This document shows positions 1 through 9,767 of a stretch of 53,537 nucleotides of DNA, piece by piece (position 1 is the first letter of the stretch; each line of letters starts with the position of its first letter). A program made the translations under genes and the position numbers. The stretch covers positions 1 through 53,537 of the IMG/VR virus record IMGVR_UViG_3300025459_000008; one strand, 5' to 3'. Source of the stretch: a virus (lineage: Duplodnaviria; Caudoviricetes). The notes beneath the pieces were generated by a model. It did not search any database and was not told the origin of the DNA. It saw only the letters and a list, made by a program, of their open reading frames with translations.

Positions 1-708
1 CTCCAAATAGACTCAAAGCAAGGACCGGAGAGAGCGGCTTTGAGTCTATTTGGAGTAAGACCAGTCCCCCGTGAAATCGCCAATACCCCGGCGCAGAATG
101 TCATCGACGAATATAAACAGTTAATGCGGGCCTCCACTACTACTAAGGAATCGGCAGAGACCAAAAAGCTCCGGGGCGATTTGACAAAGATGGCACGGGA
201 TGAAGATAGCGAGGGATTTGAAGAAGCAGCCACACAGGCGGTGAGTGAGGGGAAATTGACGCGCCAGCAGGTCAAGGAGATCGTGGAAGAGAGCCAAGTC
301 CCCGCGGGGCAAGCTCGATTTTATAGGCTTCCGCTTGAATGGATGGCGCGGACTATGGAACAGGCATCAGACTATGAGCGCCAGCAATGGACACCCCTGA
401 TGCAGAGGAAGATCGCCAATGCCAAGCCGGAAATGCTTATCCGTAACCGGGACGCCCTGGTTCCCCTCTTGAGAGAGTTGGATATGGATAAGGTGGCCGA
501 CACCATTCAGGATATGCAGATGCCGGAGGAGCCGCTGGCGGGCCAGGACCTTACCGGCCTGGGGATTCTAAGACCGGCCACGGAAACGCCCGGAATGGAT
601 GAGGTCAACGAGGCGATCAGCGCCGACATTGAGAAGAACTTGGAGAAGGTTGGACAGCCGGGAAAGACTCGAAAGAAAACGGATAGGTATCAGTTCTTGG
701 GTTTATAA
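1..708 (+). CDS. C-terminal part of a large virion-associated (ejection/internal-core-like) protein, 5'-truncated
   Basis: Frame 1 is open from base 1 to TAA at 706-708. The product is helical and charged, and sits at the end of the structural module. Confidence 0.55.
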   Translation, partial: LQIDSKQGPERAALSLFGVRPVPREIANTPAQNVIDEYKQLMRASTTTKESAETKKLRGDLTKMARDEDSEGFEEAATQAVSEGKLTRQQVKEIVEESQVPAGQARFYRLPLEWMARTMEQASDYERQQWTPLMQRKIANAKPEMLIRNRDALVPLLRELDMDKVADTIQDMQMPEEPLAGQDLTGLGILRPATETPGMDEVNEAISADIEKNLEKVGQPGKTRKKTDRYQFLGL

Positions 709-767
709 GGACAAATGCACTTGATATTTAACCAAAATTCCTTTATGGGGAAATAAGGAGACAGATC

Positions 768-1148
768 ATGCCTGGAGTTGTACGGTTTACCGATCCGAAA
801 GCAAATGTCGAAGGGGACCTTCTGGGTGATCTGGTATTGGATGCCCAGAATAAATTAATTAATGTCATTCCTTTATCAGGCACCACCAATGGTCAATGGA
901 TTCAGACTAAATCTTACGACAAGATGTGTCTGAGCCTCTGGTGCGATACCGCGGCCACTTTCGAGGTCTGCGGTTCTATGCTGGTCGCTCAGCCACTTAA
1001 CAGTTACGATGGATACCAGCTTTTTGTAACCAAAACTTACGCGGCGCCAACTGAGGAAATTTTGGCGATCAAAACTCCTCTGCGCTGGCTTAAAGTCAAG
1101 GTCACGGCCAACACCGGCAATGTACTGTCTCCATTCATCGGGGTTTAA
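768..1148 (+). CDS. hypothetical protein, probably virion structural (beta-rich)
   Basis: 126 aa, AAGGAG RBS, C-terminal PLRWLKVKVT strand pattern. Confidence 0.55.
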   Translation: MPGVVRFTDPKANVEGDLLGDLVLDAQNKLINVIPLSGTTNGQWIQTKSYDKMCLSLWCDTAATFEVCGSMLVAQPLNSYDGYQLFVTKTYAAPTEEILAIKTPLRWLKVKVTANTGNVLSPFIGV

Positions 1149-1159
1149 GGAGAGAGTCA

Positions 1160-1492
1160 ATGGATACCTTTCCTCCAAGCGAAATTAGTGGTTTTGAATG
1201 GGGTGACATTATTGGGGTCATATCGACCCAATCCGACCTTATGGCGCTCTTGAACGCCAAGCAGGCTTCCCTTCATGGCGGACCTGTAACCCTGACGGCT
1301 GGGGCAACCACTACGGTAAACAATGCTGCGGTGACGGCTAATTCACTGATATTCTTATTCCCCACCAACTTGGCGGCTACTGTCGCTACCCTGGTTCCGT
1401 ACATCAGCGGGAAATCGGCTGGAGTCTCGTTCACCATTACCCATATAGGGGCAACGGGGAGTGAAACTTTTAACTATCTCATTGTCAACTAG
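1160..1492 (+). CDS. putative minor virion protein
   Basis: 110 aa, AAGGAG RBS, Thr/Ala/Gly-rich beta-strand C-terminus. Confidence 0.55.
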   Translation: MDTFPPSEISGFEWGDIIGVISTQSDLMALLNAKQASLHGGPVTLTAGATTTVNNAAVTANSLIFLFPTNLAATVATLVPYISGKSAGVSFTITHIGATGSETFNYLIVN

Positions 1493-1607
1493 GTAATCTT
1501 GGGAATATCCCAATGATTGAATTCCTAACTTGTCGCTTCCGAAGCATTTTACCAAGACCTCCCAGAGCTGATTGGGAAGCCATGAGGAAAGCTAAAGAGG
1601 AAAGAAA

Positions 1608-2099
1608 ATGTGGGATTTCACGAAAGTCATCTGGCGCACCAGCCCGGCCATGCGTTACGACACGTCCGGGGATTGGCACGGCGATGTCATCGAGGCCTGG
1701 GACGGGATGCCCCCTCTGAGCCAGCAAGCCGTCCTGCTCCACGAGTTCAACGAGTCGGCTATCCTGCGGGCTGCCGGGATCACCGAAGAACAGATCGACA
1801 TCATGGACAATTTCAAAGAGGCAGCTATCGCCTACGCCAGGGCCCCGGAAGGTATATCAAAGGCCCACGCATTTGTAAAAATGTCAAACTCAGCCCAGGC
1901 TTACGAAGCCATCCCTCCCGAACTCCGCAATCTCTACGATGAGGCCCATGTTCTCGCGCTGCTGGTGGAGCGGGCCTTCCTGGAAGCTGCCGGCGGTAAC
2001 TGGCAGGAGCATTGCCGGGGAATTGAGGATACCCGGGGGAGGATTCCGGTTGATAAAGATGGAGAGGTAACTGTAACAATTAAGGCTAAAAATCCGTGA
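1608..2099 (+). CDS. conserved hypothetical protein with HExxE motif (possible metallohydrolase), coupled to the ATP-grasp gene
   Basis: RYDTSGDW, LLHEFNE and AHVLALLVER motifs; GTGA overlap with the next gene. Confidence 0.55.
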   Translation: MWDFTKVIWRTSPAMRYDTSGDWHGDVIEAWDGMPPLSQQAVLLHEFNESAILRAAGITEEQIDIMDNFKEAAIAYARAPEGISKAHAFVKMSNSAQAYEAIPPELRNLYDEAHVLALLVERAFLEAAGGNWQEHCRGIEDTRGRIPVDKDGEVTVTIKAKNP

Positions 2100-3466
2100 A
2101 AAATAGCCTCTGCATCCTCTCCTGCAAAGGAGAGACTCTGCCAGTCATGCGGGACCTTCTGCGTGAAGGCATCCCCTGCCAAATCTATCTTCACGACCTC
2201 CACTACCAAAACAGCTACAAGAACATCCTCCCCCGAGTCGGGTTGGACGACTTGGTGGCCGCGGTCAAGAAGGCCGAGGTCATCTGCATCGACACCATCG
2301 TAAAGAATAGGAGAACCTATCGTGATCTGGCCCTCCTGGACAAGTTCAACATCAGCCACAATGTCCCCGATCTCTACGGGCGCCTGGGGGACATCCTTAA
2401 ACGCCCGCCCTGGGACAAGCTGGTCATTGGAGGCGGTGAAGAGGTTGCTCAATATGAGCTTGATCGATCCAAAGGCATCGAGTTCGCCCGAAAATGCGGT
2501 TTTAGCATCCCGCCTTACCAGGACTTCAAAACCATTAAGGAAGCTGTTCGGTTCCTACAAAGCTCCGAGGGCCAGAAAAGGGAGAAATGGTACTTCAAAG
2601 CGGACGACAATCTGGCCCTGGACCTCACCTTCGATGGCACGCCGGCTCAGCTCATCGACTACCTCACAAACAAAGTCCCAAAGCGGCTCGGCACCGACAA
2701 GGTGAATTGCGTCCTGCAGCAGGCTGTTGAGGGTGAGGTGGCGGAACTGGACCGGGAGGTCTGGAAGGGGCCGGACGGCAAGCTGGGGCCTTTCAGTAGC
2801 ACCCTGGAGGATAAGAAGCTCCACTCCCGAAAATCAGGTCCCAGGGTGGGCTCGGCGGTCAACACGGTGTGGCTGGACGATGACCCTGGGGGTATCATCT
2901 ATAAGCAGATTACGGTCGCTGCCGGCCTCCTGAGAGGCTACTGCGGCCCGATCTCGGCCAACTGCATCATTACTCCGGATCTTCAAGCCTGGATCCTTGA
3001 GTGGACCCTGAGACTGGGGTGGAGCGCCTTCTACTTGCTGCTGAAGTTCATTATGAAAGGAAAAGTTGGCAATTTTTTCCTTAATCCTTTCCAAACCGTT
3101 TGGAAACCCGGCTTCGTAGCCAGCCAGGTGCTCTCCCTGGCCCCCTTCCCGCCCACGGAAAACAATCGGAAGGACTTTGAGGAGATGATCGTCGGGAACC
3201 TCATCAGCAGCAAATTGGAGGAATCCGACTTTTCCTGGCTTGATGTCTTGGAGGATTCCTTGGGTGTCTTCCGGGTGGCTGGCAACGATGGGCTGATCGG
3301 GGTGGGCGTGGGGCACGATGAAGATATGGAGGCGGCAATCGGGAAAGCCTTCAAGAAGGTGGACGGCATTGAGATCACCGGCAACAAGCAGTTCTGGCCC
3401 CTGCAGGAGCATCTGGACTCGCATCTGAACCGGTACAAAGACTTGGAAAAATGGGGAGCGATATGA
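2096..3466 (+). CDS. PurD (phosphoribosylamine-glycine ligase)-like ATP-grasp ligase, divergent
   Basis: AQYELDRSKG, FSIPPYQDF, FKADD, QQAVEGE, EDKK..SGPRVG and ILEWTLRLG follow the GARS motif order; the GLAAGKG loop is absent. Confidence 0.75.
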   Translation: MKNSLCILSCKGETLPVMRDLLREGIPCQIYLHDLHYQNSYKNILPRVGLDDLVAAVKKAEVICIDTIVKNRRTYRDLALLDKFNISHNVPDLYGRLGDILKRPPWDKLVIGGGEEVAQYELDRSKGIEFARKCGFSIPPYQDFKTIKEAVRFLQSSEGQKREKWYFKADDNLALDLTFDGTPAQLIDYLTNKVPKRLGTDKVNCVLQQAVEGEVAELDREVWKGPDGKLGPFSSTLEDKKLHSRKSGPRVGSAVNTVWLDDDPGGIIYKQITVAAGLLRGYCGPISANCIITPDLQAWILEWTLRLGWSAFYLLLKFIMKGKVGNFFLNPFQTVWKPGFVASQVLSLAPFPPTENNRKDFEEMIVGNLISSKLEESDFSWLDVLEDSLGVFRVAGNDGLIGVGVGHDEDMEAAIGKAFKKVDGIEITGNKQFWPLQEHLDSHLNRYKDLEKWGAI

Positions 3467-3498
3467 TCAAAACCGTCCTAATAACGGGGAATTATTAA

Positions 3499-3960
3499 AT
3501 GCCCCAAACCCTTAAAAATATCTGTGACCCCTATGCCTGGATAATCATCGCCATCCTGGTAGCCATCGTCATTCTTCAGGCTGCGGGGATGGGGTTGAAG
3601 CCGCTGATTAAGGCCGCCTTGAGACGCCTTTCGGGAGAGAGAGCAGAGGTGAATGTCAATATCGGTGAAACAGGAGACGCAATGCCTAAATTTGGCAACC
3701 CAGGGGGCCTCATTGACCCTACACATTGCCCGGCCCACCTTGCTTTGGTTCAACAGGGCGATAGAAACGAAGCTGAAATCAAGGATATTTGGAAAACCTT
3801 TGGGGAACTGAGAAAAGACATGCAGGCGTGGTTTGAGCAAGTAAAGGATAGCCAGTCAACTCTTCTGGAGGCCATAAGAGCAACGACGGCGGCTGCGTCA
3901 TCGGCGGCAACGGCTGCGGCGGCGGCTGCGGCGGCGGTTGTGACAAGAGACAGGAGCTAA
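3499..3960 (+). CDS. membrane protein upstream of the endolysin (holin/antiholin-like)
   Basis: N-terminal TM helix, coiled coil, poly-Ala tail; lysis-cassette position. Confidence 0.5.
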   Translation: MPQTLKNICDPYAWIIIAILVAIVILQAAGMGLKPLIKAALRRLSGERAEVNVNIGETGDAMPKFGNPGGLIDPTHCPAHLALVQQGDRNEAEIKDIWKTFGELRKDMQAWFEQVKDSQSTLLEAIRATTAAASSAATAAAAAAAAVVTRDRS

Positions 3961-3963
3961 TAA

Positions 3964-4344
3964 ATGAAAACACCCTGGATGGATATAGCTGAAAAGGAAA
4001 TCGGTGTTAAAGAACCCGATGATTTAAAATATTTTTCAGCAACAAATTATCCCAATCCTGACGGCCATACGCCTTATTGCTCTGCTTTCGAGAATTGGTG
4101 CTTGAAGCAGGTGGGAATCAAAGGCACCGGATCGGCGGCGGCCTTCTCTTGGAAGCATTGGGGTAAGGATGTTTCTGATACGAAACCCTTTGGTGCCATC
4201 GTGGTTTTCAGTTTCAGCCATGTAGCGTTCAAACATCATGGGGAGAATTTTATAGGCGGGAACCAGAAGGGCGACCATGAGGTGTGTATCGAGCATATTC
4301 CTATGGAAGATGCTATCGCCTGGCGGATGCCGGAGACGACTTGA
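3964..4344 (+). CDS. TIGR02594-type NlpC/P60-like endolysin
   Basis: PWMDIAEKEIGVKE, TPYCSAF.NWCL, SWKHWG, GAIVVF, HVAF and GGNQ motifs. Confidence 0.85.
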   Translation: MKTPWMDIAEKEIGVKEPDDLKYFSATNYPNPDGHTPYCSAFENWCLKQVGIKGTGSAAAFSWKHWGKDVSDTKPFGAIVVFSFSHVAFKHHGENFIGGNQKGDHEVCIEHIPMEDAIAWRMPETT

Positions 4345-4704
4345 GTGAAAAATGCCCGGACATGGTTATGGGAATAGTTTTGACTCTTTATCCATATCCC
4401 ATTAAAGCCTGCATCCACTGGAAGATAGACGGATTTTGTAGGTTGCCGAAGCATATTTGCTGTTGGGCTTCCCTGTGGAATAGACCCGAGTTGCCCTTCG
4501 AGCAAGGACAAATGGAGTTGACAGATTCGCAAAAGTAGGGAAGGATAAATTAATGGGCGACATCTTCGTAGAATATATTAACCAAAGGCGTTATCCTCCA
4601 CACACAGGAGAAATGCCTTGGGACAAGATATGGAATTTTGATGATTACCCATTAAGCGGTGTAAGAAAAAGAACCATTATTTGTTATGAAAAGGAGAAAC
4701 CAAC

Positions 4705-4923
4705 ATGGCAATTACAGGAACAGCGGTAGTACTGATTGGTGCCACGGGTGGAGCGCAGTTGAGCGTAACCTTTGTGGCGGATATGGCGGATGTGATGGCT
4801 TCTGTTGCCAGCAAAACCCCAATGGCGGTGGCTCTGGAAATATCCGACATCGCCGGCTGGCAGGCACAGATGAGTTGCGTACCGGCGGCTGACTCAGCTC
4901 ATGCCGCTGCGCCAACTTCGTAA
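4705..4923 (+). CDS. hypothetical protein
   Basis: 72 aa, AAGGAG RBS. Confidence 0.5.
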   Translation: MAITGTAVVLIGATGGAQLSVTFVADMADVMASVASKTPMAVALEISDIAGWQAQMSCVPAADSAHAAAPTS

Positions 4924-4933
4924 AGGAGGGTCT

Positions 4934-5170
4934 ATGATAAATTGGAAAACAACCGTATCAGGTATCGTGGCGGCACTGGGAGTAGCCCTAACCCAAATCA
5001 ATGATCCTATCATCCACGCTATCGGGGTCATCTTGTCTGGTGTTGGGGCACTCCTTGTCGGCTTAACAGCCAAGGATTACAACGTTCACGGCGGCACAGT
5101 AGCCCAGGCGACTCCCCCTGCTGTGCAAGCAAGTAGTGAGGCTCAAGGGGTTCAGTCACTGGCGAAATAA
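4934..5170 (+). CDS. holin
   Basis: AAGGAGG RBS; NWKTTVSG start, two TM helices, GLTAKD motif. Confidence 0.7.
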   Translation: MINWKTTVSGIVAALGVALTQINDPIIHAIGVILSGVGALLVGLTAKDYNVHGGTVAQATPPAVQASSEAQGVQSLAK

Positions 5171-5202
5171 ATCATCACAAATATAGGAGAAAGGATAATT
5201 CA

Positions 5203-5643
5203 ATGAAGAAGATGCTTGTTTCAACAATCTTTGCAGTACTGATTTTCTCACTAGCGGTAATGCCCGCTTGCACCACCGTCAGTAACGCCGTCACCGGGGC
5301 GCAGCAGCTTTTGTGCAATCCCACGGTAGATCAGCAGAACGAGGCTAACGCCGGGATCACCTGCGCTAATGCTATCCTGGCAATTCTTATGGCAATTCCT
5401 AACCCGACGCAGGGGGTAGCCTCGCTGATCGTATCCATTGGGGGAGCGGCTACGGTGTTCAAGACCGTCCAAACCGGCGGTTGTGTACTGATGACGGAGT
5501 TGGCTGCGGCAATGGCTGCCCTGGATACGGCGGAACAGTCGGCTCCTGCCAATGCTGCCTCTATTGCCATGGCTTCAGCTAAAGTGCAGGTAGCATGGCC
5601 GGTAATTCCGCCGCTGCCGAACCTGCATAATTGGGTGAAGTGA
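5203..5643 (+). CDS. lipoprotein in the lysis cassette (spanin-like)
   Basis: MKK + hydrophobic signal + lipobox-like VMPA-C; Pro-rich end. Confidence 0.55.
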   Translation: MKKMLVSTIFAVLIFSLAVMPACTTVSNAVTGAQQLLCNPTVDQQNEANAGITCANAILAILMAIPNPTQGVASLIVSIGGAATVFKTVQTGGCVLMTELAAAMAALDTAEQSAPANAASIAMASAKVQVAWPVIPPLPNLHNWVK

Positions 5644-5978
5644 AGGGAATCATGGACCACACCAAGCCAAGCACAAGTGGACCCAGATAAGGCAGAGGGG
5701 CCGGCCTGGGACTGGCCCCTTGCGCCGCCTACCAGGAGCGGGCAGGATGCCTGGGAAGACCCGTGGATGGACTGTGATTGGAGTTTTGTGATACCTTTGT
5801 GGAGGTGGTAGCATGATTACTCCTGTCTGTGAAATCTGTATTAAGCACACCGTTGAATATTCGGGTAAGTGGGATTCATTCGCCTGCTTAGATTGTAACA
5901 GGTGGGTCGATGACCCATGCCCTGACCCAAACTGTAAATGTTGCAGGAATAGGCCAGATAAGCCAACGGGAGACAGCC

Positions 5979-6161
5979 ATGAATGACTGGGTGAATGCCT
6001 TGTTACAAAAACCAGAACCATATAAGAGGGTAATTGTAAAAACACAATTAGGTGAATTTGAGGGGAGCTGGAATCCATATTTTAGTAGGGAAGTCTGGAT
6101 TGCAGGAGATGGGCCGTTTATTGTGCAGTCAGAAGTCACGCATTGGAAGGATATAAAATGA
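5979..6161 (+). CDS. DUF551-like small protein
   Basis: W...P...V.V pattern and VTHW end motif. Confidence 0.5.
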   Translation: MNDWVNALLQKPEPYKRVIVKTQLGEFEGSWNPYFSREVWIAGDGPFIVQSEVTHWKDIK

Positions 6162-6949
6162 TAGATTATCGCTCTGTAAAACTCGGTAAATTACCTTACA
6201 GGCATGACACTCGAAACCTGCAATTCGCAAAGTATCTGCCTCAGAGCTTGCGGTCTATGGCGCAGCTCGGGCCTCCCTCCTGCCCATCTTCCTACGACTG
6301 GTTAAGTAAGGTGAGCAAGTTCGGGCCGATGGGGAACCTGGACGTGGGGGATTGCACGGTAGCTGGGGCGGGGCACATGATCCAGGTATGGACCGCCAAT
6401 GAAGGCAAAGAGGTTATCCTGCCGGATCAGGACATTCTTGCAGTTTACTCGAAATTGAGCGGCTATATCCCTGGCAATGAGTCAACTGACAATGGTCTTG
6501 AACTCTACCAGGTTCTCAAAGAGTGGCAGCAAAACGGGATTGACGGCCATAAGATTGGGGCCTATGTGCAGGTGAAAAATCTATCGCATATGGCCTTGGC
6601 TTGCTATCTTTTCGGTGGCCTTTATTGCGGGGTGATGCTCCCTTTGAGTGCTCAAGACCAGGATCAGTGGGTCGTGGCTGACCAGAGTCTGCAAGGTAAC
6701 GCAGCTTATGGTTCCTGGGGAGGCCATTGTGTGTCGGGAAGTAGATTTGTCCCTCTCAGCTTTACTTTCATTAGCTGGGGGAAATTAATAGTCGCTACAC
6801 ATACCTTCATCCAGGATTACTTCGATGAGGTCTGGGCCATTATCTCCCAGGATTTCCTTGACGGGAAGCAAGAGAACCCGCTGGGGATTAACATTGACCT
6901 GCTGAATCAGGATTTGCAGACGGTGAAGGAGCAACCAGGAGGCCCATAA
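6158..6949 (+). CDS. papain-like (C1-type) cysteine peptidase
   Basis: GDCTVAG (catalytic Cys), WGGHCV (His) and ISWG motifs. Confidence 0.7.
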   Translation: MIDYRSVKLGKLPYRHDTRNLQFAKYLPQSLRSMAQLGPPSCPSSYDWLSKVSKFGPMGNLDVGDCTVAGAGHMIQVWTANEGKEVILPDQDILAVYSKLSGYIPGNESTDNGLELYQVLKEWQQNGIDGHKIGAYVQVKNLSHMALACYLFGGLYCGVMLPLSAQDQDQWVVADQSLQGNAAYGSWGGHCVSGSRFVPLSFTFISWGKLIVATHTFIQDYFDEVWAIISQDFLDGKQENPLGINIDLLNQDLQTVKEQPGGP

Positions 6950-7191
6950 TGGACGATGACAATAAATGCCTTGAATGTACTAAAGCGGGCCATACGCCTT
7001 CCCGGCTGACCCGGCTACCATTGGCTGAGGGTATTGCGATTTTTATTCTATCTTCCAGGGCAGGCGTCTCTACAGAGATTCATTATGCAGTAGCGGAGTT
7101 CCTGGAGAAGATCGGGAAGGAATTGAGCGAGACTCTACTGAACGAGGATGTGGCAAAGAAGGCTCTGGACCTGATGGAGACGGTGCATTGA
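6949..7191 (+). CDS. hypothetical protein
   Basis: 80 aa, AGGAGG RBS, TAATG coupling. Confidence 0.5.
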   Translation: MDDDNKCLECTKAGHTPSRLTRLPLAEGIAIFILSSRAGVSTEIHYAVAEFLEKIGKELSETLLNEDVAKKALDLMETVH

Positions 7192-7192
7192 A

Positions 7193-7420
7193 ATGAAGTG
7201 CGCTCGCCATGTTGGAGAAAAAGAACTAACCAACTGTGGCTGTCCGATATGCCAGGGACAGGTAGAAATAAAACTGACTGTGTATCCTGGGTTTATGTGC
7301 CAGTTTTGCGGCAAGGAAGCTGATTGTTATTCTGTCATGGCTGATTGGACATATCAGGCATTTACCCAGAAACTTAATTTATATATTTGTAAGCCTTGTC
7401 TGCGCGCAAAGATAGGATGA
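7193..7420 (+). CDS. Cys-rich (zinc-binding) hypothetical protein
   Basis: three CxxC motifs. Confidence 0.5.
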   Translation: MKCARHVGEKELTNCGCPICQGQVEIKLTVYPGFMCQFCGKEADCYSVMADWTYQAFTQKLNLYICKPCLRAKIG

Positions 7421-7508
7421 AATAATGTCTCTTTCGCCCCAATGGAAAAACTTTTTGGTCCGCATGATGGCTCTGGCTATTGCCTTTATCGCCGGCTACG
7501 GGGCCTGC

Positions 7509-7739
7509 TTATTGACCCTGCTTATCTCCGGGGTGATTAAAGTGGCTGGCTAACCATACTTTAATAACACCAATCCCCACCCCAGTAATAGTAACTAATC
7601 CCCAAATTAACCCACAGACAATGGCTGGGATCTTTAAAATTGGGTAATCTATAGAGGCTGCCAGTCCCACTAAATAAAAAAAGAAACAGAATAAATATAA
7701 TCCAACAAGAATAGATACTATTACTTTTCTGAACATCAT
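7509..7739 (-). CDS. small two-TM membrane protein, last gene of the leftward operon
   Basis: two hydrophobic helices; ATGA overlap with the upstream gene. Confidence 0.55.
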   Translation of the reverse strand: MMFRKVIVSILVGLYLFCFFFYLVGLAASIDYPILKIPAIVCGLIWGLVTITGVGIGVIKVWLASHFNHPGDKQGQ

Positions 7740-8113
7740 TTCCCCTCCTTCTCCGCCCTCGCCGCTAGCCAAGCAGCATGGGCTGCCAAGAGGATAGCAT
7801 TGCGGCGGGGTTCAGTATATTCTCTTAAATTTCTAAATGAACTAAAATCTTTTGAAAAGCTGCAATGAGTTTTTTCACCACGGTAGTGCAAGTTTAGGCC
7901 CCACTCTAACTCCCTCATCTTGTCAATCACCATCTCAATCTGGCCGTTGGGTTCGTCGGGGCGCCAGTCGGCAACTCTGATTACATAAGAAAGAGAAGAG
8001 TTTGAATTGACGTGGTAAGCAGGGCCAGTTGGGTAATTATATTCTCCTTTAGCCCACCCCATCAAATCACAGGCAGACCAGCGGCGGAGTTCGGTCAGTT
8101 CTTCGGGAGTCAT
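7736..8113 (-). CDS. hypothetical phage protein
   Basis: 125 aa with RBS; LMGW..WRP..AILLAA pattern. Confidence 0.55.
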   Translation of the reverse strand: MTPEELTELRRWSACDLMGWAKGEYNYPTGPAYHVNSNSSLSYVIRVADWRPDEPNGQIEMVIDKMRELEWGLNLHYRGEKTHCSFSKDFSSFRNLREYTEPRRNAILLAAHAAWLAARAEKEGK

Positions 8114-8244
8114 TTCCCTTCTCCTCCTATCGAGTTAGTGGTAAAATAAATAATTGCTAAAATAACGGCAGCAATTATAATACAAAAGGCGTCGGCGTCT
8201 GTCATGGCTTCTCCTTTTCCAAGCAGCCACGGTTAGGATTTCGG

Positions 8245-8529
8245 TCATTTCCATTCCCCCGTTTTAAGTTTCTCCGCACACCGCTCACATACCTGGCTGC
8301 TGGTTCCAGCGAAGCAGTCAAGTTCAATCGCTTCGTCTGTGGTTTCGTTTCGAGCAAAAGTCCGATGCTTCTCGCAGAAATACCAGCCGCAGGAATAACA
8401 TAAGTAGGAAATTCCTCGGTCTATCATTGCCCGACATCCGCAGTGGTGACATTTGCATCGAACCCCATATCCCCGCTGCATCGGAACTTGGCTATCAAAC
8501 CTGTTTATTTCATAGACGGCGTATCCCAT
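8245..8529 (-). CDS. zinc-finger protein
   Basis: RGYGVRCKC, IDRGISYLC, CGWYFCEKH. Confidence 0.6.
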   Translation of the reverse strand: MGYAVYEINRFDSQVPMQRGYGVRCKCHHCGCRAMIDRGISYLCYSCGWYFCEKHRTFARNETTDEAIELDCFAGTSSQVCERCAEKLKTGEWK

Positions 8530-8557
8530 TAGCCTGTCTCCTTGACGGTTTTAATGA

Positions 8558-8743
8558 TTATAACCGCTCACCATCTTTAAGTCCCAACACACGGCGAAAT
8601 TCAAGCGTCGCTAGTTCTTCTTCTGGATATTCAGCTTCCAAGGCGATAAGTGCTAATTCCGCACTTTGACGTCTCACCAGTATCATCTCACCTAAATCCA
8701 ATCTGTTCAAGAGACGGCCACAAAGACAACGAAGTTCTTCCAT
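8558..8743 (-). CDS. hypothetical protein
   Basis: 61 aa in a tightly packed operon. Confidence 0.45.
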   Translation of the reverse strand: MEELRCLCGRLLNRLDLGEMILVRRQSAELALIALEAEYPEEELATLEFRRVLGLKDGERL

Positions 8744-8745
8744 AG

Positions 8746-9291
8746 CTATCTTTCCTCCCCCGGCTTCTCCTTTCCCAGGGCGGCTTTGAGATCATCCACA
8801 CTTCTTTCTGGAATCCCTCCATCCCCGAAATAAGAATTTTCTTCAACCCATTCCATAACAGCGGCCAAGGCTATGCGCCGCACTAGTACCATCTCTGTAT
8901 GGTCTATTCCACAGACAAAAGGTTCCTTGCTACAGACTGGACACTTCCCGGCCTCAGCCTTCTCTTGCTGCATTGCTTCAATTACCAAATCGGCTTCAGT
9001 CATAGGATTAGTAAGCACTTGCCCAGCCTCAGCATCGGCGGGAGTAGTCGGGGCGAGGAAGGCTTCAAGAGCAGAGATCAGATTTTGTGTCTGAGTGACC
9101 ATATGGCCTGGATCGGTATTACGTAATCTTATTTTACACATCCATAACAGTCCTCTTGCCGCTTTTTGCCATTCCCCCTGGGTGGCAAGTTGGCTTTGGA
9201 GGCCCTTAATCTCCAATGCCATCCCGGAGTAAAGCGGCGACTTCCTCTCTGCCTTGCAGGGTTCGCAGGGGCAGTCTTTGTCGTGCCTCAT
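8746..9291 (-). CDS. hypothetical protein
   Basis: 181 aa in a tightly packed operon, RBS present. Confidence 0.55.
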   Translation of the reverse strand: MRHDKDCPCEPCKAERKSPLYSGMALEIKGLQSQLATQGEWQKAARGLLWMCKIRLRNTDPGHMVTQTQNLISALEAFLAPTTPADAEAGQVLTNPMTEADLVIEAMQQEKAEAGKCPVCSKEPFVCGIDHTEMVLVRRIALAAVMEWVEENSYFGDGGIPERSVDDLKAALGKEKPGEER

Positions 9292-9473
9292 TCCTCACAC
9301 CTCCTATCCTGGGAGTTATGGTGTAGATTTATAGACATCTATCTTTTTCTGTAAATCATATAATTCTTTCGTGAGCTTATTATTTCTATCCTGTTGTGGG
9401 GCTAACACAAACCAATGAGATAGTCCCAACAATATAAACAAAATACCAGTAATTCTATACAATATAGATGGCA

Positions 9474-9758
9474 TCACTCCCTCTCCTTGCGCAACTTGTT
9501 AATCTCGTCCCGGTCCATGAAGGCTTGGACTTCCTTTTTATACCAAACCCCGATATGCTCTAAATCATCCCCTGCCATTTCTTTAAAGATGGCTATCGCC
9601 TCCAGTAGCACCTCAGCTCGGGCGGCAAGTTGGGATTCGGCAGCAGTAGCTCTTGCAATAGCTTCGACAAGTTCAGCTAATACCGCATCGGTCTGGTCTA
9701 AAGATACCCCCAAAGCAGCCATAGCCGCCCGCTCGGTTTCACTAATTTCTTTGCTCAT
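9474..9758 (-). CDS. hypothetical protein
   Basis: 94 aa, AAGGAGG RBS. Confidence 0.55.
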   Translation of the reverse strand: MSKEISETERAAMAALGVSLDQTDAVLAELVEAIARATAAESQLAARAEVLLEAIAIFKEMAGDDLEHIGVWYKKEVQAFMDRDEINKLRKERE

Positions 9759-9767
9759 GTTGCCTCC

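Noticed and set aside
2096-3466. A bona fide purD auxiliary metabolic gene
   Set aside because: Key PurD loops are diverged and the context is late/structural, so the gene symbol was withheld.
3884-3936. GCG-rich tract as a contingency repeat
   Set aside because: It is an imperfect in-frame poly-Ala coding stretch.
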